A DNA stretch of 33,581 bases from Desulfobulbaceae bacterium. Lineage in GTDB: Bacteria; Desulfobacterota; Desulfobulbia; Desulfobulbales; SURF-16. The notes beneath the pieces are model-generated. The model had not been told where the DNA came from, ran no database searches, and was given only the letters and a program-made list of their open reading frames with translations. The stretch lies in assembly GCA_024763495.1 (NCBI GenBank), contig JANTFJ010000001.1, positions 1 to 33,581 of the forward strand, written 5' to 3'. A program made the position numbers and the translations under genes. Below, piece after piece: positions 9,906 to 19,009 of this stretch (the stretch's first letter is position 1; each line of letters begins with the position of its first letter).

Positions 9906-10620
9906 AATCAGAAACCTTGAAGCCGGATACGGCAAACTTCGGGTCTTAAAACGAATATCCATGCACGTTGCCGCGGGTGAAATAGTAACCATAATCGGTG
10001 CAAACGGAGCAGGTAAAACAACCCTGCTTTATACCATTGCCGGAATGATAAAAATCATGGCCGGCGATATCAACCTTTTTGATAATACTCTTGGGAAAAT
10101 AAAAGCTGAACAAATTGTTGCTCAGGGCTGCTCTCTGGTTCCTGAAGGCCGCCAGGTTTTTTCTACAATATCGGTTCAGGAAAATCTTATCCTGGGCGGC
10201 TATGTTCAGTCTAAGAAAAAAGGTTATGACAAAAAACAAGAACTTGATAAAATTTTTGATATTTTTCCGGTACTCAAGGAAAGACAGGATCAATTAGCAG
10301 GTACTCTTTCAGGTGGCGAACAACAGATGCTGGCCATGGGCCGGGCATTAATGGCAAAACCAAAACTGATTATGATGGATGAGCCATCAACAGGTTTAGC
10401 TCCCCTGATTGTTAAAGACATCTTCCAGATAATTCATCGCCTGCGTAAGGGCGGCAATACTGTTTTACTGGTCGAACAAAATGCCCGGGCTGCTTTGGCC
10501 ATTGCTGATCGCGGTTATGTTCTCGAAACCGGGAAAATAATTCTCCAGGGGCCGGCTGATGATTTGCTGGATAATTGCGATGTTCAGAGAGCCTACCTGG
10601 GACGAGATGTAGGCAAATAA
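9898..10620 (+). CDS. livF: ABC transporter ATP-binding protein, LivF family
   Basis: Walker A GANGAGKTT, signature LSGGEQQ, Walker B IMMDEP. Start ambiguous (GTG 9889, ATG 9892, ATG 9898); 9898 gives the usual MLKIRNL N-terminus and overlaps the livG stop. Confidence 0.9.
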   Translation: MLKIRNLEAGYGKLRVLKRISMHVAAGEIVTIIGANGAGKTTLLYTIAGMIKIMAGDINLFDNTLGKIKAEQIVAQGCSLVPEGRQVFSTISVQENLILGGYVQSKKKGYDKKQELDKIFDIFPVLKERQDQLAGTLSGGEQQMLAMGRALMAKPKLIMMDEPSTGLAPLIVKDIFQIIHRLRKGGNTVLLVEQNARAALAIADRGYVLETGKIILQGPADDLLDNCDVQRAYLGRDVGK

Positions 10621-10623
10621 CTT

Positions 10624-10889
10624 GTAACTACTCATGGGGTAAGCGCCTTAACTTCGCTAACCCCGGTAATTGGTAAGCGTAGACTCCGTTCGGTGCCCTG
10701 TAACCAGTTACAAATACTGAGATTTGCAATCATTAGTCCCTTAGAAATTATTTTCGTGTTATTTATGGCAAGAAATCTAAAATTTTCTTTGAAATAAACA
10801 ATCTGCATCTACTGTTAAGGGACTTATCCAGAACCTTAATTTCTTTTCCAGTTTATCTGGGCTAGGTACTTACCCCCATGAGTAGTTAC
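10624..10889. mobile_element. Composite MITE filling the livF-paaK2 spacer
   Basis: About 22-bp terminal inverted repeats, gtaactactcatggggtaag and cttacccccatgagtagttac. Contains an FH unit (10624-10711) plus a passenger of about 155 bp that recurs inverted at about 25546-25735. No clear target duplication found. Confidence 0.7.
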
Positions 10890-10907
10890 TGATAAAGGAG
10901 ACATATA

Positions 10908-12206
10908 ATGTACTGGGAAAAAGATAAAGAATGCATGGCCCGGGACGATCTTGAACAACTGCAACTTGAAAGATTACAGGCAACATTGTACAGGGTAACT
11001 ACTAATGTCCCTTTTTATAGAAAAAAATTCAGGGAGCTGCAAATAGACCCGGATGGATTCAGCTCCCTTGAAGAACTGCAGGGACTTCCCTTTACCACCA
11101 AGGATGATCTACGAAAAAATTATCCCTACGGTCTTTTTGCCGTACCCCTCAGAGATATTGTCCGGGTTCATTCATCTTCCGGGACTACCGGCACGGCAAC
11201 GGTTGTCGGCTACACCAAAAATGATATTAAAACATGGTCAAACATGACAGCCAGGGTATTGACTGCTGCCGGAGTAGGCAAGGACGATGTAGTACAGATT
11301 GCTTTTGGTTATGGTCTGTTTACCGGCGGATTCGGACTGCATTACGGAGCTGAAAGGATCGGAGCTTCGGTCATCCCTATTTCCAGTGGAAATACAAAAC
11401 GCCAGATCCAGATCATGCAGGATTTCAAAACAACCGCCCTGGTCTGCACCCCAAGTTATGGACTTCTCCTGGCTGACACCATGCAGGAAATGGACATAAA
11501 CATTAATGCTCTCGATTTACGTTTCGGACTTTTTGGCGGTGAACCATGGTCGGAGGGAATGCGGGAAGAAATCCAGAACAAACTACATATTCAGGCCACT
11601 GACAACTATGGCTTAAGTGAAGTCATGGGTCCGGGCGTAGCCGGTGAATGCCGGGAACGCCAGGGACTACATATTAATGAAGACCATTTCTTAATTGAAA
11701 TTATTAATCCCGACTCTCTGGAGCCGGCCAAACCCGGAGAAATTGGTGAAGTTGTCATTACTACCCTGACCAAGGAAGCCTTTCCGGTTATTCGCTACCG
11801 GACAAGAGACCTGACCAGAATTATTGAAGCCCCCTGTGCCTGTGGTCGCACCCTGCGTCGAATGGAGCGGGTTCTGGGCCGCACTGATGATATGTTAATA
11901 ATCAAGGGGGTAAATGTTTATCCGATGCAGATTGAAGCAGTTCTTTTTGACATTGAAGGAACAGAGCCGCATTATCAGATAGTTGTTGAAAGAGATGGCC
12001 GCCTGGACAAAATAACCGTCATGGTTGAAGTAGTTGAAGAAATATTCTTTGACCAGATGAAAAAACAACGACAGTTAGTTGATCACATCAAGAAAAGGCT
12101 GGCAGGCGAACTTGGTATTGGCATTGAAGTAAAACTGGTAGAAGAAAAGAGCCTGGAAAGATATGAGGGTAAATCCCAGCGGGTGCTTGACAAACGCAAG
12201 TTGTAA
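10908..12206 (+). CDS. paaK: Phenylacetate-CoA ligase family, second paralog
   Basis: 432 aa, colinear with 3289-4590 (roughly half to 60% identical by eye). Same SSGTTG, YGLSE and [15 protein letters not shown] motifs. AAAGGAG RBS. Confidence 0.85.
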   Translation: MYWEKDKECMARDDLEQLQLERLQATLYRVTTNVPFYRKKFRELQIDPDGFSSLEELQGLPFTTKDDLRKNYPYGLFAVPLRDIVRVHSSSGTTGTATVVGYTKNDIKTWSNMTARVLTAAGVGKDDVVQIAFGYGLFTGGFGLHYGAERIGASVIPISSGNTKRQIQIMQDFKTTALVCTPSYGLLLADTMQEMDININALDLRFGLFGGEPWSEGMREEIQNKLHIQATDNYGLSEVMGPGVAGECRERQGLHINEDHFLIEIINPDSLEPAKPGEIGEVVITTLTKEAFPVIRYRTRDLTRIIEAPCACGRTLRRMERVLGRTDDMLIIKGVNVYPMQIEAVLFDIEGTEPHYQIVVERDGRLDKITVMVEVVEEIFFDQMKKQRQLVDHIKKRLAGELGIGIEVKLVEEKSLERYEGKSQRVLDKRKL

Positions 12207-12214
12207 AAAAAATC

Positions 12215-12337
12215 GACAGCGCTCAACAAAATACACCCGGGGCGGCGACAAGCCCATACCTGTAAAGGGGTTCAGGAACTCCGCCATGTAGGTACTCCAT
12301 GCAATACATCGGTATATCGCAGGGTTGAAGCGCGTAC
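12215..12337 (+). mobile_element. Family D MITE, sense to paaK2
   Basis: Ends gacagcgctc and gaagcgcgtac. Flanks AAAAAATC (12207-14) and ATAAAATC (12338-45) match 7/8. Starts 8 nt after the paaK2 stop. Confidence 0.7.
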
Positions 12338-12361
12338 ATAAAATCGCTCTTCTAAATATTC

Positions 12362-12685
12362 GTAAGTGTTCGCCAGCACCTCATCTTTGCCCATTTGAGC
12401 CTGCTTGAATAGCACGAGTATGCTACGCAGGCACAAATGGTAATTACTCACGGGGTAAGCACCTTAAGTTCGCTACCACCCGTAATTGTAACTGTTTACA
12501 GGATGCCGGAGATAGTCCGGTGCCGCGTATTAGTCATACGTAAACCGGGCTGATGGCGGAAAGAGGTAAGCGCAGACTCCGTTCGGTAACCTGTGAGCAG
12601 TTACCACAAATGAACAAATCTAAGGCACTGATAAAAGCTTAGAAACTTAAATGTTGCAATGATTTGCTCCCTGATGAACGGTTAC
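12362..12685 (+). mobile_element. C/B-family MITE (outer element of a nested pair)
   Basis: TIRs gtaagtgttcgccag and ctgatgaacggttac. Flanks AAATATTC (12354-61) and AAATATTG (12686-93) match 7/8. Interrupted by the element at 12440-12604. Confidence 0.85.
12440..12604 (+). mobile_element. FH-family MITE nested inside the C/B element
   Basis: Ends gtaattactcacggggtaagc and cctgtgagcagttac. Perfect 8-bp duplication CACAAATG (12432-39 and 12605-12). Confidence 0.9.
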
Positions 12686-12813
12686 AAATATTGAAATTAC
12701 GCCTTAGAATGCGAAGTTATTTTTGAGTGAACCCTTAGATCAAATCCAACTATTCGGGAACACTTGATGAGTAGGAAAATCTTCCGCACCTGTCATCGCT
12801 CAAAAGCAAGGTG

Positions 12814-13191
12814 CTAATTATCTTCATTATCCTCTTGGTAATTGACTAATTCTATAATCGCCATGGGCGCAGCATCGCCGGTACGGTTACCAGTTCTTAT
12901 TATTCTGGTATACCCACCATTACGATCCATATAACTATCTTTAATTTCATCAAAAAGCTTAGCTACTATTCTCTTATCCTGTATATATGATAATGCCTGA
13001 CGTCGAGCATGAAGATCTCCACGCTTAGCTAAAGTTATCATTTTATCAGCTACCCGCCGCAACTCCTTTGCCTTAGGTGTAGTAGTAACAATCCGCTCAT
13101 GCTCGAACAGGGACGTAACCATATTACGAAGCATGGCCCTTTTATGTGATGTTGTACGGCCAAGTCTTTTTCCTGCTACTCTATGCCTCAT
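12814..13191 (-). CDS. rplQ: 50S ribosomal protein L17
   Basis: 125 aa, [24 protein letters not shown]... Last gene of the alpha operon. Confidence 0.95.
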   Translation of the reverse strand: MRHRVAGKRLGRTTSHKRAMLRNMVTSLFEHERIVTTTPKAKELRRVADKMITLAKRGDLHARRQALSYIQDKRIVAKLFDEIKDSYMDRNGGYTRIIRTGNRTGDAAPMAIIELVNYQEDNEDN

Positions 13192-13208
13192 CTTTCCTAA
13201 ACCTCGCT

Positions 13209-14282
13209 TTATTCCTGCTCTTCTGTAGACGGAACTTCAGGTGGTTCCCAATTATCAAGTTTGAGCCCCAGATTCAAATCCATTTCCGCAAGAAGTTGTT
13301 TTATTTCGTTCAAGGACTTACGACCAAAATTTTTGGTTTTAAGCATTTCAGCTTCAGTCTTCTGTACTAATTCACCAATAAACCTGATATCAGCGTTACG
13401 AAGGCAGTTTGCGGAACGAACAGAAAGTTCAAGATCTTCAACGCCCCGGTAAAGATTTTCATTAAAAGTCTCTTTCTCTACTGTATCCGGGATGACGACT
13501 TCAGGCTCAATAAGGTTCTCATCAAAATTAATAAAAATTGTCAGCTGTTCCTTCAGTATTTTAGCGGCAAAGGCCAAGGCATCTTCAGGCTTGACACTTC
13601 CATCAGTATATATTTCCAGAATTAATTTATCATAATCAGTCTGTTGTCCAACCCGGGCTTGACTGACAGTTGATTTAACCTGTTTAACTGGAGCAAAAGT
13701 TGCGTCAATAGGAATAACCCCAACCGGCAAATCATCACTTTTATGCTTCTCTGCCGGAGAATAACCTTTACCCCACTGAACCTCAAGTTCTGCAACAAAA
13801 CTACCTTCACTGCCGGTAATAGTACAAATATGCTGCTCAGGGTTCATAATCTCGACAGAAGAACCCGTAATTATATCAGCAGCAGTAACTGAACCTGGTT
13901 TTGTTTTATTAATCTGAACTATCTTTGAATCAGCACCGTTAAGTTTTAATCGTACCTCTTTAAGATTAAGGATAATTTCTGTAACATCTTCAAGAACACC
14001 TGATAATGTAGAAAATTCGTGTAAAGCATTGTCAATCTTAACCGAAGTAATTGCCGCACCCTGTATTGAAGAAATCAATATTCTCCGCAGACAATTTCCT
14101 AAAGTAGTAGCATACCCACGCTCTAATGGCTGACATACGAATTTACCATATTTTTCACTATGTTTTTCAGAATCAACCTCAACTCTCTCAGGGACGATAA
14201 GTTCTCGCCAATTGCGATAAAAAGGGGAACCTTCTTCTATTAGTGACTCCTGAGTCATATTTTCTATACTATCGTTCATCAA
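13209..14282 (-). CDS. rpoA: DNA-directed RNA polymerase alpha subunit
   Basis: N-terminal-domain motif [29 protein letters not shown] and C-terminal-domain motif [23 protein letters not shown]. True start may be the internal ATG at 14258. Confidence 0.93.
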   Translation of the reverse strand: MMNDSIENMTQESLIEEGSPFYRNWRELIVPERVEVDSEKHSEKYGKFVCQPLERGYATTLGNCLRRILISSIQGAAITSVKIDNALHEFSTLSGVLEDVTEIILNLKEVRLKLNGADSKIVQINKTKPGSVTAADIITGSSVEIMNPEQHICTITGSEGSFVAELEVQWGKGYSPAEKHKSDDLPVGVIPIDATFAPVKQVKSTVSQARVGQQTDYDKLILEIYTDGSVKPEDALAFAAKILKEQLTIFINFDENLIEPEVVIPDTVEKETFNENLYRGVEDLELSVRSANCLRNADIRFIGELVQKTEAEMLKTKNFGRKSLNEIKQLLAEMDLNLGLKLDNWEPPEVPSTEEQE

Positions 14283-14285
14283 ATC

Positions 14286-14915
14286 CTACTTGGAGTAAAG
14301 TTCAACAATCAACTGCTCTTGGATCGGCATGGTTATTTCCTGGCGATCAGGAAGAGACTTGACTGTAGCTTTATAATTATCTTGATCAAGTTCCAGCCAG
14401 GATGGAACACCACGGCGGGCAACAGCAGCAAGGCTTTCGTTAATTACCCCGATTTTACGACTTTTTTCCTTTAGAGTAATAACATCATTAACTGATATTT
14501 GAAAAGAAGGAATATTAACTTTTCTTCCATTGACCAGAAAATGATTATGTTTAATCATCTGTCTTGCCTGACTCCTCGAATTTAAAAATCCAAGGCGATA
14601 AAGAGTATTATCAAAGCGTCTTTCAAGCAATTGCAAAAGATTTTCGCCAGTTACACCCTTATGCATCTCAGCTCTTTCAAAATATTTCCTGAACTGGCCT
14701 TCAAGCATACCATAAATTCTTCTGACCTTCTGCTTCTCACGTAACTGAATCGCATAATCAGATACCTTACGCATTCTTGCCTGGCCATGCTGACCGGGAG
14801 CAAATGAACGTCGCTCAAAGGCACACTTGTCAGAATAACATCTGTCACCTTTAAGAAACAATTTAAGTTTTTCCCTGCGGCATTGTCTACAAACGGCTCC
14901 TCTATATCTTGCCAA
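14286..14915 (-). CDS. rpsD: 30S ribosomal protein S4
   Basis: 209 aa, [26 protein letters not shown]... TTG start with GGAGGAG RBS. Confidence 0.95.
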   Translation of the reverse strand: MARYRGAVCRQCRREKLKLFLKGDRCYSDKCAFERRSFAPGQHGQARMRKVSDYAIQLREKQKVRRIYGMLEGQFRKYFERAEMHKGVTGENLLQLLERRFDNTLYRLGFLNSRSQARQMIKHNHFLVNGRKVNIPSFQISVNDVITLKEKSRKIGVINESLAAVARRGVPSWLELDQDNYKATVKSLPDRQEITMPIQEQLIVELYSK

Positions 14916-14973
14916 TTTGCTCCTCCATTATACACATGCAGTATATATTACATAGTACTTGATAAAAATAATT

Positions 14974-15096
14974 ACAACTATTCTGCTGCATCTCATCTTC
15001 GTCCATTTGGGCCTGCTCAAGTAGCATCAGTACATTTCGCTGCCCTGAATAAACAGATAGCAAAACTTCGTGCCTACGGTACATCTGAATAGATAC
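14974..15096. repeat. Degenerate MITE relic in the rpsK-rpsD spacer
   Basis: Decayed E-like ends acaactattctgctgca and acatctgaatagatac. The interior (catctcatcttcgtccatttgggcctgctcaagtagca) resembles C/B. No duplication detected. Confidence 0.45.
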
Positions 15097-15144
15097 AAAA
15101 CAGTAAGTCTACCAGTTTTTTTTCGTCCCTACGGAATCAAATAA

Positions 15145-15534
15145 TTAAACTCTTCTTCTTTTCGGCGGTTTACAGCCATTATGAGGCATAGGAGTGACGT
15201 CACATATACGGCTCACATCAATACCTGACGTCTGAATGGCACGAATTGCGGCCTCTCGACCCGGCCCAGGCCCCTTTACCATAACCTCAACTTTTCTCAA
15301 ACCCTGATCCATGGCTCGTTTTGAAGCATCCTCAACTGCGTTTTGAGCAGCAAAAGGAGTACTTTTTCTTGATCCCTTAAAACCAAGAGAGCCGGCACTG
15401 GACCAAGCTATAACATTACCCTGCTTATCAGAAAATGTAATAAGGGTATTATTAAATGTAGACTTAATATGAGCTATACCTTCGGGTATATTTTTCTTAA
15501 TTTTACGCTTTGTCCGCAACTTAGGTTTTGCCAT
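15145..15534 (-). CDS. rpsK: 30S ribosomal protein S11
   Basis: 129 aa; [18 protein letters not shown]...[13 protein letters not shown]. Confidence 0.95.
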   Translation of the reverse strand: MAKPKLRTKRKIKKNIPEGIAHIKSTFNNTLITFSDKQGNVIAWSSAGSLGFKGSRKSTPFAAQNAVEDASKRAMDQGLRKVEVMVKGPGPGREAAIRAIQTSGIDVSRICDVTPMPHNGCKPPKRRRV

Positions 15535-15592
15535 CTTATTTTCACCCTATCACAATTTTATCGACCGATAGTCTGCCAACGATAAATCAATC

Positions 15593-15764
15593 GTAACTAT
15601 TCAGCTGCAATTCATACGGTCACGATCAGGTTGTCTCACATAGCACCGGCATGCTGTGTGCCCGTCAGATCACGAAAATCTTCAGCACCCTGCAACCACT
15701 TACAAATGCAGCGGGTTGCATACATTTAGGCGCTTACCTCATGAATAGTTACAAAAATAGTTAC
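15593..15764. repeat. Hybrid-ended MITE in the rpsM-rpsK spacer
   Basis: E-type left end gtaactattcagctgc, FH-arm-like interior, inverted FH left end gcgcttacctcatgaatagttac. The terminal 12-mer atagttacaaaa is tandemly duplicated (15745-15768). Confidence 0.6.
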
Positions 15765-15769
15765 AAAAA

Positions 15770-16138
15770 CTATTTCCTTTTTACTGCTGCACCACGACGG
15801 GGACCTTTTCTTGTCCGAGCATTGGTCTTGGTTCGCTGACCATGGCAGGGTAGACTACGACGATGTCGAATGCCTCTATAACATCCTAAATCCATCAATC
15901 TTTTAATATCCATACCAACTTCTCGCCGCCTATCACCCTCTACTGAATATTTTTCATCTATAATATTTCGTATCCGAGCAATATCCTGATCTGTAAGCTC
16001 ATCACTGCTTGTCTCATATTTAAGCTCAGCCTCTTCAAGAATCTTTCGGGAAGTAGTGCGACCGATACCATAAATGTAAGTGAGAGCAATTTCTATATGT
16101 TTATTTTTAGGCAAATCTACTCCAGCTATACGTGCCAA
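15770..16138 (-). CDS. rpsM: 30S ribosomal protein S13
   Basis: 122 aa, [26 protein letters not shown]... Confidence 0.95.
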   Translation of the reverse strand: MARIAGVDLPKNKHIEIALTYIYGIGRTTSRKILEEAELKYETSSDELTDQDIARIRNIIDEKYSVEGDRRREVGMDIKRLMDLGCYRGIRHRRSLPCHGQRTKTNARTRKGPRRGAAVKRK

Positions 16139-16239
16139 GTTATTCCTCCCATAAGAATTCTAATGGCTGAGGCATCAAGTAAAAACATAAAATAAGACAC
16201 ATGGTAATTACCGTTTTCACTTGCGACCTTAATTAAAAC

Positions 16240-16413
16240 GTAACTATTCACGTAGGGGCGAAAAACTGCCCAAACCACCGACCTGTAACTGTTCAGATGT
16301 GCTTTAGCTGTGCATGATAAGGCTGGCACCCATACTACGGGCATAAACTTCGCATACTAATGCTATGTAAGACAGACTTATCGCGTGCAGATGAAGTGCA
16401 GCTGATTAGTTAC
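16240..16413 (+). mobile_element. E-family MITE
   Basis: Ends gtaactattcacgtagg and gtgcagctgattagttac. Flanks ATTAAAAC (16232-39) and ATTAAAAA (16414-21) match 7/8. Relatives at 17985-18162 and, inverted, at about 33179-33353. Confidence 0.8.
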
Positions 16414-16515
16414 ATTAAAAATTACTTTAGTGCTTTACTACAGAATATTCGTCAAAAAAACAACAAAATTAAAAAAATTTATAACTATTAAAGATAGGGG
16501 TGAAAGAAAAGCCCT

Positions 16516-16803
16516 GCTGAACGATTACTAACAGTTCAATGTGCTTTATCAATTGTCCATTCAGGCTGGCGCAACATACTAGGAGGCTGTCCGAGAATGC
16601 CCTTTTACCCCAACTCTGTGTTATTTTGAAAAAATAATGCTCGCAATATCAACTATATGGCTGTGCTTATTTTTGCAAAATGCCTTGATTTGAGAAAAAA
16701 TGTCTATTCTAAGTCAAAATCACCGGCAAAATTGAAACAACGGTGAATCCCTTACAGTTACAGAGTAGTCACAGCCTGGGGGTGTAGATTATTGAGTAAT
16801 GTC
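16516..16803. repeat. Mosaic: E fragment, family G copy, and truncated family D (sense to rpmJ)
   Basis: 16516-16580 is E-interior-like. 16581-16712 is a G copy (aggaggctgtccgagaat...ctattct). 16741-16803 read on the - strand gives gacattactcaataatctacaccc...taactgtaagggattca, which is the D 5' part, starting 2 nt after the rpmJ stop. Confidence 0.55.
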
Positions 16804-16805
16804 TT

Positions 16806-16919
16806 TCAACCCTGCCGTTGTTTATGTTTCTTTATCTTACAGGTAACGCGAATCACTCCTTTACGTTTAAACACCCGGCAATCACTGCATATTTTCTTTA
16901 CAGATGAACGTACCTTCAT
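16806..16919 (-). CDS. rpmJ: 50S ribosomal protein L36 (zinc-binding C-x2-C...C...H form)
   Basis: Found by hand below the ORF-track cutoff. Reverse complement reads [41 protein letters not shown] is present about 9 nt upstream. Position between infA and rpsM is as expected. Confidence 0.9.
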   Translation of the reverse strand: MKVRSSVKKICSDCRVFKRKGVIRVTCKIKKHKQRQG

Positions 16920-16934
16920 AATATAATCCTGATT

Positions 16935-17084
16935 ATAACTACTGACTGGGGTAAGCGCCTTAATTGCGCTAAACACCGTAATTGTAACTGGTTACAGGTG
17001 CCGTAGGCTTTAGCCCGGCTCAACATATTAATCATACGTGAGCCGAACTGATCACGGAATGATCTGGTGTCCTGTAAGCAGTTA
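16935..17084 (+). mobile_element. FH-family MITE in the infA-rpmJ spacer
   Basis: Ends ataactactgactggggtaagcgcc and gtgtcctgtaagcagttac. Perfect duplication TCCTGATT (16927-34 and 17085-92). Confidence 0.9.
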
Positions 17085-17113
17085 CTCCTGATTGACATTT
17101 TAATTTAAAGTAA

Positions 17114-17341
17114 CTACTTCCTTCCACGAGAACGAAAAGTTATTCTTCCCCTGGTCAAATCATATGGCGACAACTCAACTGTTACTTGATCGCCAGGAAG
17201 AATTTTAATAAAATGCATTCTCATTTTACCTGAGATATGAGCCAAAACTTTATGACCATTTTCAAGTTCAACTCGGAACATCGCATTAGGCAATGGTTCT
17301 ATAATTTTTCCTTCTACCTGAATGGCATCTTCTTTTGGCAT
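17114..17341 (-). CDS. infA: Translation initiation factor IF-1
   Basis: 75 aa, [51 protein letters not shown]... AAGGAAGG RBS. Confidence 0.95.
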   Translation of the reverse strand: MPKEDAIQVEGKIIEPLPNAMFRVELENGHKVLAHISGKMRMHFIKILPGDQVTVELSPYDLTRGRITFRSRGRK

Positions 17342-17645
17342 ATCTTTTATTAGTCCTTCCTTTTTAAACGATTATCGTTTTTGTGATATAAATTTAATAA
17401 GGTTAAAGAGACTATCCCTTTAGTCCGTTAAATCTCGTATCAACCTTTAACTCGAACACTAAGCAAAATTAACAATTTGTAAATTAAAGAATTTTATCTT
17501 ATAACCTATTTTTACTATTTCTGCTTTTGTTTTTTTCTAACTATTCAACTTAAAGAAAAATGACGAAAAGCTGGATACATATACCTGGCGAGGATGTACG
17601 AACAAAGCTTAACTACAACAAAATCAGGCAAATTGAACCATTTAT

Positions 17646-17768
17646 GTAAATACTCATGGGGTAACGTCCTAACTTCGCTAACCCCTGTAATTGTAACTGG
17701 TTACAGGGTGCTAACCATACGTAAGCCTAACTGATCGCGGAAATATGCGGTGCCCTGTGAGCAGTTAC
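17646..17768 (+). mobile_element. FH-family MITE
   Basis: Ends gtaaatactcatggggtaacg and ggtgccctgtgagcagttac. Perfect duplication CCATTTAT (17638-45 and 17769-76). Confidence 0.9.
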
Positions 17769-17801
17769 CCATTTATTTGCTAATTTTCTTTATATTTTAT
17801 A

Positions 17802-17973
17802 GTAACTACTCACAGGGCACAGGATCCGTAGTATCGGAAACTCGCTTACCTGTTCATTCAGGAGTGCGAAGTGTAGTTGTGCCATCGAGCAGGCCTACAT
17901 GGGCGAAGAGGTAAGCACCCTGAAAAACAGGGGGCATAAACTAAGACTCCGTGTGGTTCAGCTGAATAGTTAC
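17802..17973. repeat. Hybrid-ended MITE (inverted FH arm on the left, E end on the right)
   Basis: Left end gtaactactcacagggcac, right end ggttcagctgaatagttac. Interior resembles inverted C/B and carries the gtaagcaccctgaaaaacaggg module. The flanks do not match. Confidence 0.6.
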
Positions 17974-17984
17974 TCATTTTTTAT

Positions 17985-18162
17985 GTAACTATTCAGGTAG
18001 CGGGCAAAAAACTGCCGCAACAACCGCACCGACCTGTAACTGATCAGAGGTAAGCGAACAAAGTGAGAATCCGTGTGCTTTAGCTGTGCGTAAGGCTGGC
18101 GCAGCATATTAATATGTAGACAGCCTGATCCTGCGCAGATGAAGTGCAACTGAACAGTTATC
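17985..18162 (+). mobile_element. E-family MITE next to the map stop codon
   Basis: Ends gtaactattcaggtagcggg and gtgcaactgaacagttatc. Flanks TTTTTTAT (17977-84) and ATTTTTAT (18163-70) match 7/8, but they are low complexity and therefore weak evidence. Confidence 0.65.
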
Positions 18163-18175
18163 ATTTTTATTTAAA

Positions 18176-18937
18176 TTAATCACGAGAACTCAAGACTACA
18201 GGATCGCCTTCGGTGACAGCTACTGAATGTTCAAAATGAGCGGAAGGCCTTCCATCTCTGGTAACAACGGTCCAACCATCCTTAAGTACCTTAACATCAT
18301 GAGTACCCATATTTATCATTGGTTCAATCGCCAGAACCATTCCCGGCAAAATTCTTGCAGTTCTTTTCTTACGATGATAGTTAGGTATTTCCGGTGCTTC
18401 ATGTAGATTTGATCCTATTCCATGGCCAACAAACTTTCTGACAACCGAATAACCAAATTTCTCAACATGTTTCTGCACTGCAGTAGATATATCATCTATC
18501 CGCCTTCCAACTCGAACCTGTTCAATACCTTTATAAAGAGATTCTTCAGTAACCTGTAAAAGTAATTTTACCTCATTACTGATATTGCCTACAGGTACAG
18601 TAATGGCGGAATCTCCAAAATAACCCTTAAAACATACACCAAAATCGATACTTATAATATCGCCATCATGCAATATAATTTTTCTGGAAGGAATACCATG
18701 AACAACCTGCTCATTAATCGACACGCATAAACTGCCGGGAAAACCTCGATATCCTTTAAAAGCAGGAATCGAATCACATTTACGGCAATTATCTTCTGCC
18801 CATCTATCAAGCTGCCAGGTTGATATGCCAGGTTCAATCCTTGATTCAAGCATTTTTAAGGTTCCAGCAACAATCTGATTTGCCTGAAACATAATGTCAA
18901 TTTCGGCGCTGGATTTAAGAATAATTGGCTGGGACAT
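18176..18937 (-). CDS. map: Methionine aminopeptidase, type I
   Basis: 253 aa with the conserved M24A layout (VHGIP, DIISIDFG, GHGIG, LAIEPM, HFEHS). Confidence 0.93.
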   Translation of the reverse strand: MSQPIILKSSAEIDIMFQANQIVAGTLKMLESRIEPGISTWQLDRWAEDNCRKCDSIPAFKGYRGFPGSLCVSINEQVVHGIPSRKIILHDGDIISIDFGVCFKGYFGDSAITVPVGNISNEVKLLLQVTEESLYKGIEQVRVGRRIDDISTAVQKHVEKFGYSVVRKFVGHGIGSNLHEAPEIPNYHRKKRTARILPGMVLAIEPMINMGTHDVKVLKDGWTVVTRDGRPSAHFEHSVAVTEGDPVVLSSRD

Positions 18938-19009
18938 AAAATATGTGTGCCTTACAGCTTAACTTCAACTAACCCACAAAAAGTGGAAGTGGACTTAGAA
19001 TCTTTAGGA

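Noticed and set aside
10624-10889. Elements ending in ...GTTAC could be IS200/IS605-type PATEs that insert 3' of TTAC
   Set aside because: IS200/IS605 elements have no terminal inverted repeats and make no target duplication. Here clear TIRs and 8-bp duplications lie outside the GTAA/TTAC tips.
12207-12813. REP/BIME-type extragenic palindromes, i.e. non-transposed, RAYT-associated elements
   Set aside because: REP elements are about 20-40 nt imperfect palindromes without target duplications. The units here are 120-310 bp with TIRs and duplications. Only the modular mosaicism is reminiscent of BIMEs.
17693-17704. Internal near-palindrome gtaactggttac in FH elements looks like a minimal element made only of two tips, or an abutted-end junction
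   Set aside because: The orientation is tip-start followed by tip-end, not the end-to-start order expected for a circle junction. It has no flanking duplication. I treat it as part of the FH consensus.
15535-18175. Dense repeats could be a CRISPR array
   Set aside because: The repeats are not regularly spaced short direct repeats. They are inverted-repeat-bounded units of varied length, in both orientations, with 8-bp flanking duplications. No cas genes or leader are present.
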